A stretch of 43,978 nt of DNA from a virus. Taxonomy: Duplodnaviria > Caudoviricetes. Within the stretch, counting starts at the first letter, position 1; every line of letters begins with the position of its first letter. The DNA lies in the IMG/VR virus record IMGVR_UViG_3300036778_000070, positions 1 to 43,978 of that record; one strand, written 5' to 3'. The position numbers were made by a program, and so were the translations under genes. Positions 42,460-43,978 of the stretch are shown in pieces. The notes beneath the pieces were generated by a model. The model saw only the letters and a program-made list of their open reading frames with translations, did no database searches and had not been told where the DNA came from.

Positions 42460-42720
42460 TCACCCCGGCCCTACAGGCCCGCTCGGGCCCGGTATCGGTA
42501 ACGGCCCGCTATACGGCGGCCACAGCGGGCCGTTGTCGGACGGAAGCGGCGGAAGCGGGCCAGGCTCGGGCTCGGGCAGTGTGCCGTCGTCCGGATCGCC
42601 TGGCACTGGCTCATCGAGCGACACGACGACGGACACCGCTGGGAACGTTTGCGCCAGTGCGGATAGGCTGATCAGGCGCTCGATGTGCTCGATTTGGGGC
42701 AAGAATCGGCGGGGGCTCAT
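42460..42720 (-). CDS. 86-aa Pro-rich protein with a planctomycete export-signal-like N-terminus
   Basis: MSPRRFLPQIEHIERLISLS followed by a Pro/Gly/Asp-rich tail; ATGA overlap. Confidence 0.6.
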   Translation of the reverse strand: MSPRRFLPQIEHIERLISLSALAQTFPAVSVVVSLDEPVPGDPDDGTLPEPEPGPLPPLPSDNGPLWPPYSGPLPIPGPSGPVGPG

Positions 42721-42929
42721 GATGTTCCTTCCGTGGGGTTAAGGGCGGCTTTAGCGCTATCAAGGCCACATGTGCACGGCAGACCTTGGGAGTAATCACA
42801 GTTATCCAGATGTAGCCCGTTTCCTCCATCAGCCTCGGTCCACGCTCGAAGCGCCTTCTCCAGTTCAGCGATGCGGTCCTGGAGGTGATCGTGGAGTTCT
42901 TTCCAGGTCCAAGTGGGGTCAACTTTCAT
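42717..42929 (-). CDS. Hypothetical protein
   Basis: RIAELEKALR...H..NC.....CTCGL..AKAAL; resembles the next ORF. Confidence 0.6.
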   Translation of the reverse strand: MKVDPTWTWKELHDHLQDRIAELEKALRAWTEADGGNGLHLDNCDYSQGLPCTCGLDSAKAALNPTEGTS

Positions 42930-43180
42930 AATGTTCCTTCCGTGGGTGGTTTTAGAACGGCCAGAGCAGCCATATAGGGGCAATACTCACTGTGTTTGAC
43001 GTCCCATTTGGCATGACTGACACGTTTATACTGTGCGCCGCACCAGTGGCAGCACTGTTCGAGATTGCATTGAGCGCCGCTGTCTAACAGGTTTTCGAGA
43101 GCTTCCGTGAGCTCGGCGATGCGGGCTTCCCTCTGTGCGACAATAACGTTCAGCGCTGTTACGGAGCCTCGTAAACTCAT
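42926..43180 (-). CDS. Hypothetical protein
   Basis: RIAELTEALE...CHWC...HSEYCP..AALAVL. Confidence 0.6.
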   Translation of the reverse strand: MSLRGSVTALNVIVAQREARIAELTEALENLLDSGAQCNLEQCCHWCGAQYKRVSHAKWDVKHSEYCPYMAALAVLKPPTEGTL

Positions 43181-43422
43181 CTCTTAGCCTCCTCTTCCAG
43201 TCCGCTGATCAGGCTGTCAACGATCCGCCACTGCTGCTGCTCGAATGCAAGCTCCAAGATCACCATTGTCGTGTGCCAGTACAGCCGCTCAGCACTCTTG
43301 CGTGGCAGTGTCCGGCACTTCTCAGTGCAGTGATCTAGCCAATAGTCAACAGCCGGTAATCGGCTCTCGAAGCCTGTGATGATCTTGGTCAGGTTGATGG
43401 TGTCATTCTGCTTCGATTGCAT
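43177..43422 (-). CDS. Hypothetical protein
   Basis: Coupled ORF in the leftward operon. Confidence 0.5.
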   Translation of the reverse strand: MQSKQNDTINLTKIITGFESRLPAVDYWLDHCTEKCRTLPRKSAERLYWHTTMVILELAFEQQQWRIVDSLISGLEEEAKR

Positions 43423-43594
43423 CGCAAAGCCTTTCTCTCAAGTTGGTCAATCCAGCTTCGTGTGCGTTGAGTAATGCTTGGTAAACATGCCACCATGCGT
43501 CTTCGGCGAACTTGTTGGGGCCATGCCTTGCTTTGGGAAGGCACTTACGTAGACATGCGGCGACACGTTCCTTGTTACACGAGGTCGTATTCAT
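43403..43594 (-). CDS. Hypothetical protein
   Basis: Coupled ORF in the leftward operon. Confidence 0.45.
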   Translation of the reverse strand: MNTTSCNKERVAACLRKCLPKARHGPNKFAEDAWWHVYQALLNAHEAGLTNLRERLCDAIEAE

Positions 43595-43978
43595 ACGACG
43601 GCCCCCATACTTTGCCGTAACGGGATTGAGTGGAGTGGTAACGCACGTGGTTACCTTTAATCAGTGCGTCAATGACGCCAGCGAACACTACAGAAGCGTC
43701 TACCCAAAACGCACAGCCGTTGTCGTTCATGTTGTGCAGCCATGTAATTTGGTCGTGAGTGGGGAGTTTACCCAGCCTTTTGACCTCGCACTCAAAATGC
43801 TGGCCATTGGGTAGCACTCCCCATAGGTCCGATTGTCCCTTCTCGCTGAACCTAATGAATCGATCCTCGATCGCAATTGCTCCCACGTTTCGCCGATAGC
43901 ACTTCACGCCGATGGTTCGTGCGTACTTCATGCAGTTGAGTTGCACTGCACTCTCAAGCGGGCCGGGGTCGCGTTTGG
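43575..43978 (-). CDS. VRR-NUC domain nuclease (N-terminus probably beyond the window)
   Basis: LESAVQ...RRNVG...GQSDLWG...ECEVKR...PT.DQ..WL is a PD-(D/E)xK pattern; the frame is open to the window edge. Confidence 0.85.
   Translation of the reverse strand, partial: KRDPGPLESAVQLNCMKYARTIGVKCYRRNVGAIAIEDRFIRFSEKGQSDLWGVLPNGQHFECEVKRLGKLPTHDQITWLHNMNDNGCAFWVDASVVFAGVIDALIKGNHVRYHSTQSRYGKVWGPSYEYDLV

Noticed and set aside
43930-43978. Direct circular junction with position 1
   Set aside because: No terminal repeat; joining would leave the initiator with only 16 more residues and VRR-NUC without its conserved start, so sequence is probably missing.

Overview
This window is a nearly complete ~44 kb temperate tailed (HK97-fold, siphovirus-like) phage genome. 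The host is most likely a planctomycete, inferred from a planctomycete-style prepilin gene and LEPR/Planc_extracel-like N-termini. Order: replication initiator with iteron-like repeats and SSB (left end, truncated); CI/HTH_17 switch with operators; a late cluster of secreted proteases (papain-like, trypsin-collagen), a CAP protein and holin-like membrane proteins, with no recognisable endolysin; terminase, portal, MuF-like, prohead protease and capsid genes; a glycosyltransferase/methyltransferase cassette with a LAGLIDADG endonuclease; two large fibre proteins; neck and short tail; a prepilin-like moron; a candidate attP; an early small-gene cassette; integrase, HNH, excisionase and VRR-NUC (right end, truncated). 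Most notable: (1) one covarying structured 5' leader shared by the unrelated LAGLIDADG and HNH endonuclease genes; (2) two tiny Pro-rich proteins that are little more than a planctomycete export-signal-like motif, in a phage that also carries a pilin/pseudopilin; (3) a shared C-terminal IRFREF(L/F) tag on two head-module proteins; (4) SD-led genes nested inside the MuF-like gene; (5) a possibly protease-based lysis module. All product calls come from motif recognition by eye; no searches were run.
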